Sequence record: SRR20825019_1182
DNA length: 51,988 nt
Direction: 5' to 3' (one strand)
Shown: positions 1 to 10,000 of the stretch, one piece after another
Layout: each line of letters begins with the position of its first letter
How positions within the stretch are numbered: position 1 is the first letter of the stretch
Made by a program: the position numbers and the translations under genes
The notes under the pieces: model-generated
Databases searched by the model: none
What the model was told of the DNA's origin: nothing
What the model saw: the letters and a program-made list of their open reading frames with translations, nothing else

Positions 1-58
1 TCCGCTTGCTCTGAACGAACGTCAGATTCACCACACTGGCCGCTTGCAGGAGGAAATG

Positions 59-388
59 ATGTTTGTATATGGCGACAAGGTGGAAGCAGAAGAGCTGGGC
101 GATGGTGTGAGCCGGAAGATACTGGCCTACAGCGAAAACGGAATGTCGGTCGAGGTTTCTTTTGAAACCGGCGCGATCGGCCCGATCCACCATCACTATC
201 ATGAGCAGTTCACCTATGTGCTTTCCGGTACCTTCGAGTTCACCATCGGTGACGAAACCAAAGTCGTGAACGCTGGCGACCTACTCTACAAGGCTCCCAA
301 TGTTCCGCACGGTTGCCGGTGCCTGAAGGCGGGCCGGCTGCTCGATACATTTGTGCCGATGCGTGAGGATTTCATCAAGCCGGCATGA
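59..388 (+). CDS. kdgF: Cupin-domain protein, KdgF-like (unsaturated uronate processing in pectin/alginate catabolism)
   Basis: Cupin motifs HHHYHEQFTYVLSG and PNVPHG; ~110 aa ending in PMREDF as in KdgF; AGGAGG at 48-53 favours ATG 59 (or 56) over TTG 44. Confidence 0.8.
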   Translation: MFVYGDKVEAEELGDGVSRKILAYSENGMSVEVSFETGAIGPIHHHYHEQFTYVLSGTFEFTIGDETKVVNAGDLLYKAPNVPHGCRCLKAGRLLDTFVPMREDFIKPA

Positions 389-420
389 TCGTTCTTTAAC
401 GCTGTCCCGGGTGTTGTAAT

Positions 421-443
421 TCGGCATAGGCGTTCGATGCCGA
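421..443. terminator. Stem-loop between convergent genes, possible terminator
   Basis: TCGGCAT-N9-ATGCCGA inverted repeat downstream of the cupin stop; no clear U-tract. Confidence 0.35.
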
Positions 444-539
444 TCGGCGCGATAAGTCTTTGAAAGATTTAAAGCATGTGGGGTCCCAGTGCCACGCCGA
501 ATGACAGATTGGCAGGCTGCAAATGAATTCAGAATGATC

Positions 540-1085
540 TCAGGCAGATGCGTTTCTTCTCAAATCGTTCAACGTTTCTTCGCAGGTGGCTCTGTCCTGT
601 TCAGCGCATTTTGCCATGAGTTCCAGAAACTGCGTATGGACATTGCTGATCCCGTCGGTCTTGATTTTCCGGCACTCTTCGATTGTCGAGCGCCGCATTT
701 CCCAGATCTTGTGCTGAGCGTTAAGAAGCATTTTCTGCGTTTTCTGCTGGTGCTCCGAACTTCCCCAGAATGCTGACGGGCCGGTGCTTGCAGGGGTGTT
801 CGCCCCGGCAGTAGCGGAGTGCTCGCTGCCTGCCGGGTTTGCTTGGTCGCCTGCGTCCTTTTCCGTCGCATATGAGGTTTTCTCATGCGCATTTGAAATG
901 AGTTCAGAAAGAGATGGCTCGGCCCTGCTGTTTTGATGGGGTGCATCAGCCGGAGCGCTTTGAGATTGCGCCCCCGGGACGCTGATTTTGCCGTGGCTCG
1001 CTTCTGTCTGGAGCGCTGCTGCCCCACCCGTTAAGAGCCAGGAGTGTTCACCACCGGAAACCTGAGTTTGAATTGCAGGCGACAT
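540..1085 (-). CDS. Orphan protein, 181 aa; disordered S/A/Q/P-rich N-terminus and helical C-terminus (secreted-substrate-like)
   Basis: ORF with purine-rich RBS (AGGAAGG...ACAGG) before ATG; protein-like composition; same strand as the 680-aa ORF upstream. Confidence 0.7.
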   Translation of the reverse strand: MSPAIQTQVSGGEHSWLLTGGAAALQTEASHGKISVPGAQSQSAPADAPHQNSRAEPSLSELISNAHEKTSYATEKDAGDQANPAGSEHSATAGANTPASTGPSAFWGSSEHQQKTQKMLLNAQHKIWEMRRSTIEECRKIKTDGISNVHTQFLELMAKCAEQDRATCEETLNDLRRNASA

Positions 1086-1237
1086 CCTGTTTAACCTTCC
1101 TGGCGCTTGAGGCGCTTCATCTGCGCCGATTGAAGCCCTGCCCTATAACGCACCATAAATGTGATTTTGCGAGACACAGACCGTGCCACAGGGGCGCAAT
1201 CCCTTGCATTCTGCATTGTTGTTTTCTGATCTGAAAA

Positions 1238-3280
1238 TCAGAAATGTAAATCTACAACGCTTTCGCTTTCGCTTTCGCGGCTGCTTGTGTTTGAGCGGGT
1301 TGATCCGGTTGCGGAAGCATCTGGCCTGTCTTTCGGTTCTCCCGGTGGTGAGGGGGCTCTGTACACGGGCTGTCCAGGCGCTACCGCGGTTTCATCCATT
1401 TCTATAACAACACTGTCGCCGGCACCTGAATTCTCGGGCCTTCTACCGGATTCGGCGTTAAAGCCCTGCCCCGCGGCCATTGCAGGCGCTTCCATGTCGG
1501 CATCAGGCGCCGGAGCAGATGAAGTGGGACAGGGGGCTGTGAGGCATCCGAAGTAATCAGAAAGCGCATGACCCAAGGTAGAGACACCACTACGCATATG
1601 GGAAGCCGGGTTTCCATACCAGCTGTCATTGGCAGGCTGTGCATTGATCCTGATCCGCTCGGCGGCGGCTTGTCTCGCCTGATCGAGGTCATCCAACGCT
1701 TCGGAAAACAGCTCCGTGCCCGGTTTCATTTGAAAGATATGAACAAGTTTTTCCTGGAGCTCACCCAGTGCCGCCTCTACCTGCTTTTTTTCTTCCAGAG
1801 CGCGAGCAACGTCGGCTCCGGTCTGACTTAGATTTCTGGTGTAGCTTTGCTCGACCTTCGGTGGCCGGAGCGCCTTGCGCATATCCATCACGGCTTTCAT
1901 GGTGCCATGCATGGCTCCGTCGCGGCGTTCTTCATGCTCTGTTGCAGACTCGTCACATTTTTTCTGACCAGCCCACATGGCAGCCTCTTCAGAAACCCCC
2001 CTTGCAATACCGAGTAACAACTCCTGCGAAGCTTCGCTGCCGGTGAGGCTGCGATTGAGGATGAGTGATTTGCCGATCTGAGCAAGAGCTCCGGCGGGCG
2101 TCTTCGCGGCGGTCTTTACAGCTGCGCCCATACCGGAACTTGTATCCGTGAAAACCAACTTCGCCAGCAGATCGATCGTTGATTTCAAGAGCGAGCGGGC
2201 AACGAGTACAAACATCGGCATCAGCGCTTCTGTCGCACTCACATCCTCGCCATTATATGCTTTGGCTGCACCAATCGCGCCTCCCGCGGCAAGGCCGAGC
2301 ACAAGTGCACTGGACACACTTGCGACCGCTGAGTGAGGCGTTTTCTTGATGTTTTCACACTTGCTATCCAGCGCATAACGGTCGCTCTCGGGGGTTACAG
2401 CGGCGGCGGCTGAGGCATGTGTGGCGCGCGCTGTACGCTGTTCATAGACAGCCTCATTCAGGAAATCCGATACGAAGGACAGGAGTGTTAAAGCGGCATC
2501 TGCGGCGTATGCCATTGCGCTGGTTTGCGGGGAAACCAGATACTCGCTATGGGCGGGGAGGGAGCAGCTTTTATCCCCTTCAGCGCGCGTATTGTTGTGC
2601 AGAGTATTGCCCATAAGGTCTTCGCATTCAGTTTCCCGTTCTTGTACGCTGGCCTTCTGAATGCCGAGCCCTACCGCTATCGGGATCAACGCCAATAGAG
2701 AAGCATTCACGATGTGGTAGCGATTGGCGTGAACTTGCGGTATAAAGTCTCTCCAGTTGTTCGGCCATGGCCCGGATTGATATGACTCGGCCTTGGGTGT
2801 GGTGCGCTTGACCAGTTCCTCAACCACAAACCGGTCTTCTTCATTCAGCTTCTTGATCTGCTTTTCCAGAAACTCCTGCGCTCCTGCCAATTTATCGTGA
2901 TACTTTTTCGGCCCTAAGGCAGTTGCAAGTTCATCAAGAACCTTCTTGAGGTGCTGGCCCTCATCGCCCTCGAAAAAGTTCAGGCTTTCCTGCGCCGCGC
3001 GATGCCCCTTGATATTGTGCTGACCGAGAAGTGCGGAAAGGCTTTCCCTGTCGGGGGCTGGCAGGCCACTTGTCGACGTCGCCGATGAACCGCTTGCCTG
3101 ATGCCGGCTCTGGTTTGTGTTGCGCCGACGCAACCCGTCGGTACCACCACCATCAGCAGGCTGCATCTGGCGGAACTGATCTCTGGCTCGTGGCGGTCTT
3201 TTTGGTCCCGCGTCACCTGTCTCTGGCTGATGGTGAATGGAGTCGTGATGGTTTGGCGTCGTTGCAGAGTTCGTGTGCAT
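1238..3280 (-). CDS. Orphan 680-aa protein with disordered termini, ~4 hydrophobic segments and a coiled-coil-like region (effector/translocator-like)
   Basis: Long ORF with AAAGGA RBS; hydrophobic stretches at about aa 190-207, 255-274, 318-339 and 353-377; no Sec signal peptide; no family recognised. Confidence 0.8.
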   Translation of the reverse strand: MHTNSATTPNHHDSIHHQPETGDAGPKRPPRARDQFRQMQPADGGGTDGLRRRNTNQSRHQASGSSATSTSGLPAPDRESLSALLGQHNIKGHRAAQESLNFFEGDEGQHLKKVLDELATALGPKKYHDKLAGAQEFLEKQIKKLNEEDRFVVEELVKRTTPKAESYQSGPWPNNWRDFIPQVHANRYHIVNASLLALIPIAVGLGIQKASVQERETECEDLMGNTLHNNTRAEGDKSCSLPAHSEYLVSPQTSAMAYAADAALTLLSFVSDFLNEAVYEQRTARATHASAAAAVTPESDRYALDSKCENIKKTPHSAVASVSSALVLGLAAGGAIGAAKAYNGEDVSATEALMPMFVLVARSLLKSTIDLLAKLVFTDTSSGMGAAVKTAAKTPAGALAQIGKSLILNRSLTGSEASQELLLGIARGVSEEAAMWAGQKKCDESATEHEERRDGAMHGTMKAVMDMRKALRPPKVEQSYTRNLSQTGADVARALEEKKQVEAALGELQEKLVHIFQMKPGTELFSEALDDLDQARQAAAERIRINAQPANDSWYGNPASHMRSGVSTLGHALSDYFGCLTAPCPTSSAPAPDADMEAPAMAAGQGFNAESGRRPENSGAGDSVVIEMDETAVAPGQPVYRAPSPPGEPKDRPDASATGSTRSNTSSRESESESVVDLHF

Positions 3281-3289
3281 GGAGATCCA

Positions 3290-3930
3290 TCCTTTATAAC
3301 TGTTGATGCGTATTCAATATATGGAAATATCAGTCAAATATATTTTTAGTAATATTGTAATTTACATATTATATATAAATATATCTAATAGATTTTTATT
3401 ATAATTGTGACATAGATAAAATTTATATTGTTTTATATGTTTCGATAAGTGACTTTGCCGACTGATTTCCTCAAAAATAAATGCTGCATCCGCCAATGAT
3501 TTATTCGTTCGTTGTGTGATGGCGGCATTGGGAACCTGCCCCGCCTCTCGGGCGAGGCTGCGCAATGCGTAGGCGGGAAACTCATCGGCACTTTGCGTAC
3601 CTGAACCTCCAACCAGAAACAGCGCAGTGATGCGGGTGTCTGCAAAGTAACTGTGTCTTTTTAGATACAACCTGGGATTTTATCCATAAATGCGCCTGTT
3701 GGCTGTTTTGTGCCGAATGCTTTGATATCGGCGCACTTAATAAATACACAATTAAAACAATTAGATAATTTTATATATTGTACATATTTTTTATAATTTA
3801 ATAATATATTATATAATATAAATATATTGACGGACAAATACAATTTGTTATTCATTATTACTAGAGGTTATAGTTAACTATAGTAGTTAATTCTAATATG
3901 TAGGTGTATCAATATTGGAAATTTCTGAAA
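3290..3930. promoter_or_regulatory. AT-rich divergent promoter region (two AT blocks flanking a GC-normal core)
   Basis: About 3300-3480 and 3735-3925 are overwhelmingly A/T, between divergently oriented genes; contains the palindrome TATAGTTAACTATA at 3869-3882. Confidence 0.6.
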
Positions 3931-4060
3931 CGAAACCCGACGAAAATACAACCGATACGCGATTTCATCGAGTTTGACGGGTTGCGATCTGATGCATTGG
4001 CCTCCGCCGCTTGGCAGGGGCGAGCTTTCATGGGGGGCGGCGAAAGCCGGTTGATGCCGA

Positions 4061-7000
4061 ATGGAACCAGGGCGACTTACACGACAACTGATGCATTCAC
4101 CGGCAGTGAATTGGAGTGCTGCGTTGCCTGTGGCGAATGGAGATGAGAATAGTTCAGCCTGTCATGGGCCGCATGAAAGCAGAGCCGGGGTTGTTGTTTC
4201 TCGCCTTGCAAAGGTTACCAGGCTTCTTCTGGCGGTTATAACATGTGCTTTCTTTCTGGGTGCAGGCGCAACGCTTGCTGCACCGGGAAATCCGGGCGTG
4301 CCCTCAGCTCCGCAGGTATTGTTTGAGGAGGATTTCGAAAATGTTTCAAGTCCGACCGCTTTTGTCATGCTGCCGAATTATACCGGCACATCGGGGACAA
4401 CCTACACGGCAGATCAGCCATGGCTAGTGAGTTGCAACGGTATTCTCGTTGCTGCTTCGCAGTCTTCGTCAGACAGCCAAGGGGTCAGTGCCTGCTATGG
4501 AAGCGGCTCCTGGAATGGCGTTCGCGAACTCGCGCTGGGGATCGCCAATTTCGAAGGTTACACTGGCTCTGCAGCACAAGCGAGACGCTCTGTTGCCGCT
4601 TTTACAGCAGGCGATCCCGGCGCAAACCGCATTGAATTTGCGACCACAACAGATGTCAGCATTCCAGCGCCTCCAGGTGGTGCGCAGAGGTTTGTGTCTT
4701 TTCAGGTCGTCGTCGGGGCTCTCAGTTGTCATGCAGCCCATCCTCAATTGCAGTTTTATCTGGTCGATGGGCAGGGCAATGAGGTGCAGGCCGGTTCCAG
4801 GATTGATGGTTGTGGCGGTAAAAGTTCCGGGGGCAACTATGGCCGCTATGCCAGTGGCGGGATTTTGTTCTCAGGTTCAAGCCTTGGCATCATCATGCGC
4901 AACCAGCAGGGCAGTGGCTCGGGGAATGACCATGCCTTTGACAATATTGTTGTGCTTGATTCCACGCCACAGCTGGATAAAGCCTACGCCAACACGAGTG
5001 TTCCCGCCGGGCAGACCACCAACCTGGTTTTCACCATTACCAATACAAGCGAGCTCGGTAGCAAGCAGGGATGGGCATTTGAGGAAACGCTGCCCGCCGG
5101 TCTGACGGTTGCCGGAGCCCCCTCGAACACCTGTTCGGCCTCCGTTTCGGCCATTTCCAACTCTGACAAGGTTGTGGTTACCGCGGGGACAATCAACTCG
5201 AATGTTGCCTCATGCACGATTACGGTTCCGGTGAAGGCCTCTGCCGGCGGCACCTTTACGTCGATGGCGACATCAACCACCAATCTGAAAGCCATTCGGG
5301 CACCGGCCGATGCCGAAGTCACATTCTTCGAGCTCAATCTCGATGTTGCCAAGTCAGGTAGCCTGGTCGATACCAATAATAACGGCCGACCGGATGTGGG
5401 CGAGAAGATCGGCTACACGGTCACTGTGAGCAACAATATTGGTGTGAATGTCACCGGTGTTTCTGTTTCCGACAGCCTTCCCGGCGTCACTCTCTCCCCG
5501 GCGTCTCAGGATATTCCGGCAGGTCAGAGCAGGGCCTATACCGGCGAGTATGTCCTTCAGGCCGCCGATATTGATCGTGGTTATGTCGATAACACCGCAT
5601 CGGTCAGCGGAACTGCAAGCGGCGGTTCATCCGTCAGTGGCGATGGCGAAACCACTACGACCTTGCAGCGTGTGGCTGATTTTGCCGTCAGCAAGGCGGC
5701 AGCGGCCATACCCTCTCCCTTCTCCTATGGCGACCAGATCAACTATACGGTTGAAATTACCAATACCGGTAACGTTACCTTGAGTGGTGTGACGCCGAGC
5801 GACCCCTTTCTTGACACCGGCCTCACGCTGGTCTCGCCAACCGGCTTTTCAGGATCGCTGCCTGCTGGTGGAACGGTGGTATATTCGGGTGCCTACACGC
5901 CCAGTCAGGCGGAGATCAATAGCGGTTCCTATCTCAATAAAGCGACCGTTACCGCTACTCCTCCGTCCGGGGTTGGCCCGACGATTTCCAGAGAAGGTGA
6001 GGAAGTCACCGCCATTGCGGCGGACCCGTCAATGGCTGTCAGCAAGGTTTCGAAGATCATCGATGCCAACGGCAACGGGGTTCTCGATCCAAACGAAACG
6101 ATCAACTACACGATCAACATTGAAAACACGGGCAATGTCACGCTGACGAATGTGCAGCCAACGGATACACTAGAGACCAGCCCTCCGCAGACGCTGCCAT
6201 TGACACCAGGCGGTCCGGTTTCAATCGAACCGGGTATCGTTGAAGAGTTTACGGCGAGCTATACGCCCACGCAGGCAGATATTGATGCCGGTACGCTTGA
6301 CAACAGGGTTTCTGTCGCTGCCGACGGGCCAGGCGGACCTCTTTCGCCGGTGGAGCAAACCGAGACAACAACCATAACATCGTCAGGCGCGTTTGAAGTT
6401 GAAAAGACGGCAACACTGAGCCCCTCGGGGGCGACGTTCGCCGCTGGTGACCGGGTCAACTATCAGATTACAGTTACCAATACCGGTAATACAACTCTGA
6501 CCATTCCGGCAAATGCAGTGACCGATACGCTTGGCAACAGCCAGACCCTTACTGTTACGCCACCGGCCTCGACAACGATCCCACCCGGCAACAGCGCAGT
6601 ATTTACGGCCTTCTACGACACGCTGCAGGCGGACCTGGATAATCTGACGCTGAGCAACACGGCAGATGTCACGCTGAATCTCCCGGATAGTTCAACGGTC
6701 TCCGATACGGTTACAATTGACACAGCATTCCCGATTGCCGCCGTACTCGATTTCGAAAAACTGAGTATCTATCAGGATATTGACGGGACTCCCGGCCCAA
6801 GCGTCGGGGATCAGATTGACTATACTCTCAGAGCCCATAACAGGGGCAATGTCACGCTGACGAATGTCTTGCCGTCGGATCCGATGCTGGTCGCGGCCGG
6901 CGTGTCATTGACGCCAAGCACGGCACAGACGCTGGCTCCCGGAACGTCGGCAGATTTCACCGCCACATATGATCTTGTTCAGGCAGATGTTGATACGGGT

Positions 7001-10000
7001 TATGTGCTGAATACCGCGTCGGTGACGGGTGTTTCCCCCAACGGAACCACATTGAGCAGCGAAGAGACCAACAGCACGGACTCAGCCGGTGCCGTCTCCA
7101 TCGCCATGGAAAAGAGGGGTGTTCTGAACGACCTCAATGGGAACGGTTTTCCCGACGTGAACGAGACCATCGACTATACCGTCACAGTGCTGAACGACGG
7201 TGCCGCATCAGTCACGAATGTTTCTGCTTCCGATGAGACATATCCAGGCCTCGTCTTCAGCCCTGCGTCGGTTGCCTCACTCGCACCAAGTGCAACAGCG
7301 TCGTTCATGGCCAGCCTTACGCTGACCCAGGCCATGATTGATGCCGGGAGCGTGACGAACACCGCCAAGGCAACCGCCACGAGCACAAATGCCGGTGCTC
7401 CGACGATTACGGCGACAGACCAGACTTCCAACACGCTTGTCGCCAGTCCCCAATACACCTTTTCCAAGACAAGCGACTACGTTACCGGCGTAACGCCGCC
7501 TTATTCTGCCGGGGATGTGATCAACTACACTTTCACCTTTGAGAATACAGGCAATGTCACGCTGACGAATGTGAGTATTAGCGACCCGAAACTGGATTCC
7601 GGCTCGTTAACACCGACCTCTGTGCCCAGTATCGCTCCGGGCGGCAATCAGATCTTTACCGGCACGCATACCGTGACGCAGCAGGACATTGACGGTGGTT
7701 CCCTGCTCAACATCGCAACCGCCGAAGCCACGCCTTTGGCGGGTGGTCCGTCGATCAGTAAAAAAAGCAACGGCGTGTCAGTGTCTTTCGCGGAGGCCAG
7801 TCAGCTGGATGTCAGCAAGACTGTCAGTTTTGTTGGTTCGGCCAGTGCCAGCAATTTCAACCTCGGAGACAAGCTGATCTACACGATCACAGTGTCCAAT
7901 AACGGTAACACCTCGATCACTGACATTGCGGTTGAGGACAAGATTGCGGGCATTGTTCTTCAGCCGGACCCATCAAATACCGATCCGTTGCTGCCCGGCG
8001 ATACCAACACCTACACGGCCGAATATACACCGACCCTGGCCGACATCAATGTCGGCACTTTGGTCAATGAAGCGGTTGCGACCGCAGAGACTGTCGGCAA
8101 GGCGACGGCCATAAGTGCGAGTGGGCAACAGACGACGAACTTCACGCCGAACGCCGATCTCACCGTCGTGAAAACGGCCACTTTCGACAGCGGACGTCTG
8201 GATCCCGGCGATGTGATTGAATTTACAGTCGTCGCCACCAATACGGGGAATGTGACGTTGACTGGCGTCACGGTCACGGACCCAATGCCGGGACTGGTCC
8301 TGTCGCCTGTCGATCCGTCGTTCTCGGGAACACTCGCACCAAGTGACAGCATTGCCTATGCCGGGACATACACCCTGCTGGTATCGGACATCAATTCCGG
8401 GCAACTCAGCAATACCGCCAGCGCGTCCGGCGATTTGCCGAATGGCGGCGGAACAATACCGGCCCAGCCCAGCAATCCGGCAGTTGTCACCTTCTCAAGC
8501 TATCCCGATATGGACGTCGAGAAGACCAGCGTTCTTAACGACAGTAAAGGCAATGGTCTCTATGATGTCTTGGAGACGATTGATTACACGGTGCGTGTCA
8601 CCAACAAGGGCAATGTGACGCTGGATGGTGTTTTGCCAACCGACACATTGCAGCGTAACGACGGTACCACCGAAACGCTGACACTTTCGCCGGCAACTGC
8701 CCAGTCTATCGGTCCCGGTGAGTACAGGGATTTCACGACTTCCTATCAGATAACACAGACCGACCTTGATGCCGGTGGCATCTGGAATGAAGCCACAGCG
8801 ACAGGCACACCACCTGCTATCAGCGGTTCACCGGCGATAACGCTGGCAGACCAGACCATGCCGAGCGTTGCCAACAACCAGCCCCGGCTTTCCGCCACCC
8901 TGAACGGCGTACTTGATGACGCAAATCAGAATGGCGTGGGTGATGTTGGCGAAACCGTTAACTTCGAAATGGTGGTCACGAATACAGGCAACTCGACGCT
9001 GACGAATGTGCGCGCTGAAGAGCTGCTACCCGGCGTTACCCTGACGACGAGCGATCCAACCACGCTTGCGCCGGGCGAAAGCCTGACATTTTTCGGCAGT
9101 TATGATCTGACAATCGAAGATTATGAAAGTAACGCGCTTGAAAATACGGCACGTGCGCTCGGCGATACAGGTTATGGCGAAGCCTATACAAGTGACGATG
9201 CTCTGGCGATCGTCAGCTGGAACACGCCATCTGTTCTGATTGCTGAAAAAACGGCCCTGCTGATTGATATCGATAATAGTGGAACGGCGACGGCAGGCGA
9301 CCAGATCAAATATGTGATCACCGTGACCAATGACGGAGGCCAGTCGCTTACCGATGTGACGCCTGTTGATGATGGTGTCGTTCTGCCGGATGACAGTGCA
9401 GGCACTGGTACGATGTCAGCCTTCACGCCGGCCACTGCCTCGCTTGAGGCCAATGAAAATACTGAATTCACGGCGCTTTATACCATCAGCGAGCAGGATT
9501 TCAGTATCGCGGTTGGTGATGAGGTGGGGATCACCAATACGGCATCGGCGGTTGCCGCCGCCGGTCTTCAGGTCCTGACGGCGGCAGCAAGCTCTGCTTC
9601 TGTGAAGATTGATGCGGTTCAGCCCGGCGATATTTCCATTACCAAAGTGGCTGCAACACCGCAGATCCGTCGTGGTGAAAAAGCACAGTTCACGATTACC
9701 GTGATCAACAATACGGATCACAAGGTTGCCAACATCAATATTCGTGACCGTATTCCCAGTGGCTTCCGTTATGTCGAGGGTTCTGCATCGATCAATGGGG
9801 CGGTTGTTGAGCCTCTGGTCTACAGCCGGGACGTCCTCTTCGAGGATGTTTCCGTTGACGCTGACAGCAAAACCTACATCCGCCTTGCCATGACAGCGCT
9901 GAGTACGCTGGAACCCGGAACCTATCAGAACACCGCATATGCGACGGATCGTTTCGGAGCCACACTTGCTCCCAAGGCTGTGGCCGAGATCACGATTATG

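Noticed and set aside
3439-3454. Minus-strand GTCACTTATCGAAAC resembling a rhizobial tts box upstream of the effector-like gene
   Set aside because: Lacks the G of the GTCAG core and the final AG, so the spacing is off by one; too weak without a PWM scan
3531-3560. GGAACC as a possible hrp box
   Set aside because: No CCAC at the required 15-16 nt spacing, and it points away from the effector-like genes
3575-3610. Minus-strand ACGCAAAG recalling the c-di-GMP-I riboswitch
   Set aside because: The accompanying GGCAAAC/GNRA stem elements were not found
3362-3855. Short ORFs in the AT-rich region (102, 70 and 64 aa)
   Set aside because: I/Y/N/K-rich translations simply reflect AT-rich non-coding DNA; no RBS or motifs
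6131-7572. 23-nt repeats as a CRISPR array
   Set aside because: Spacing is ~700 bp, copies are in frame within a CDS, and no cas genes are present
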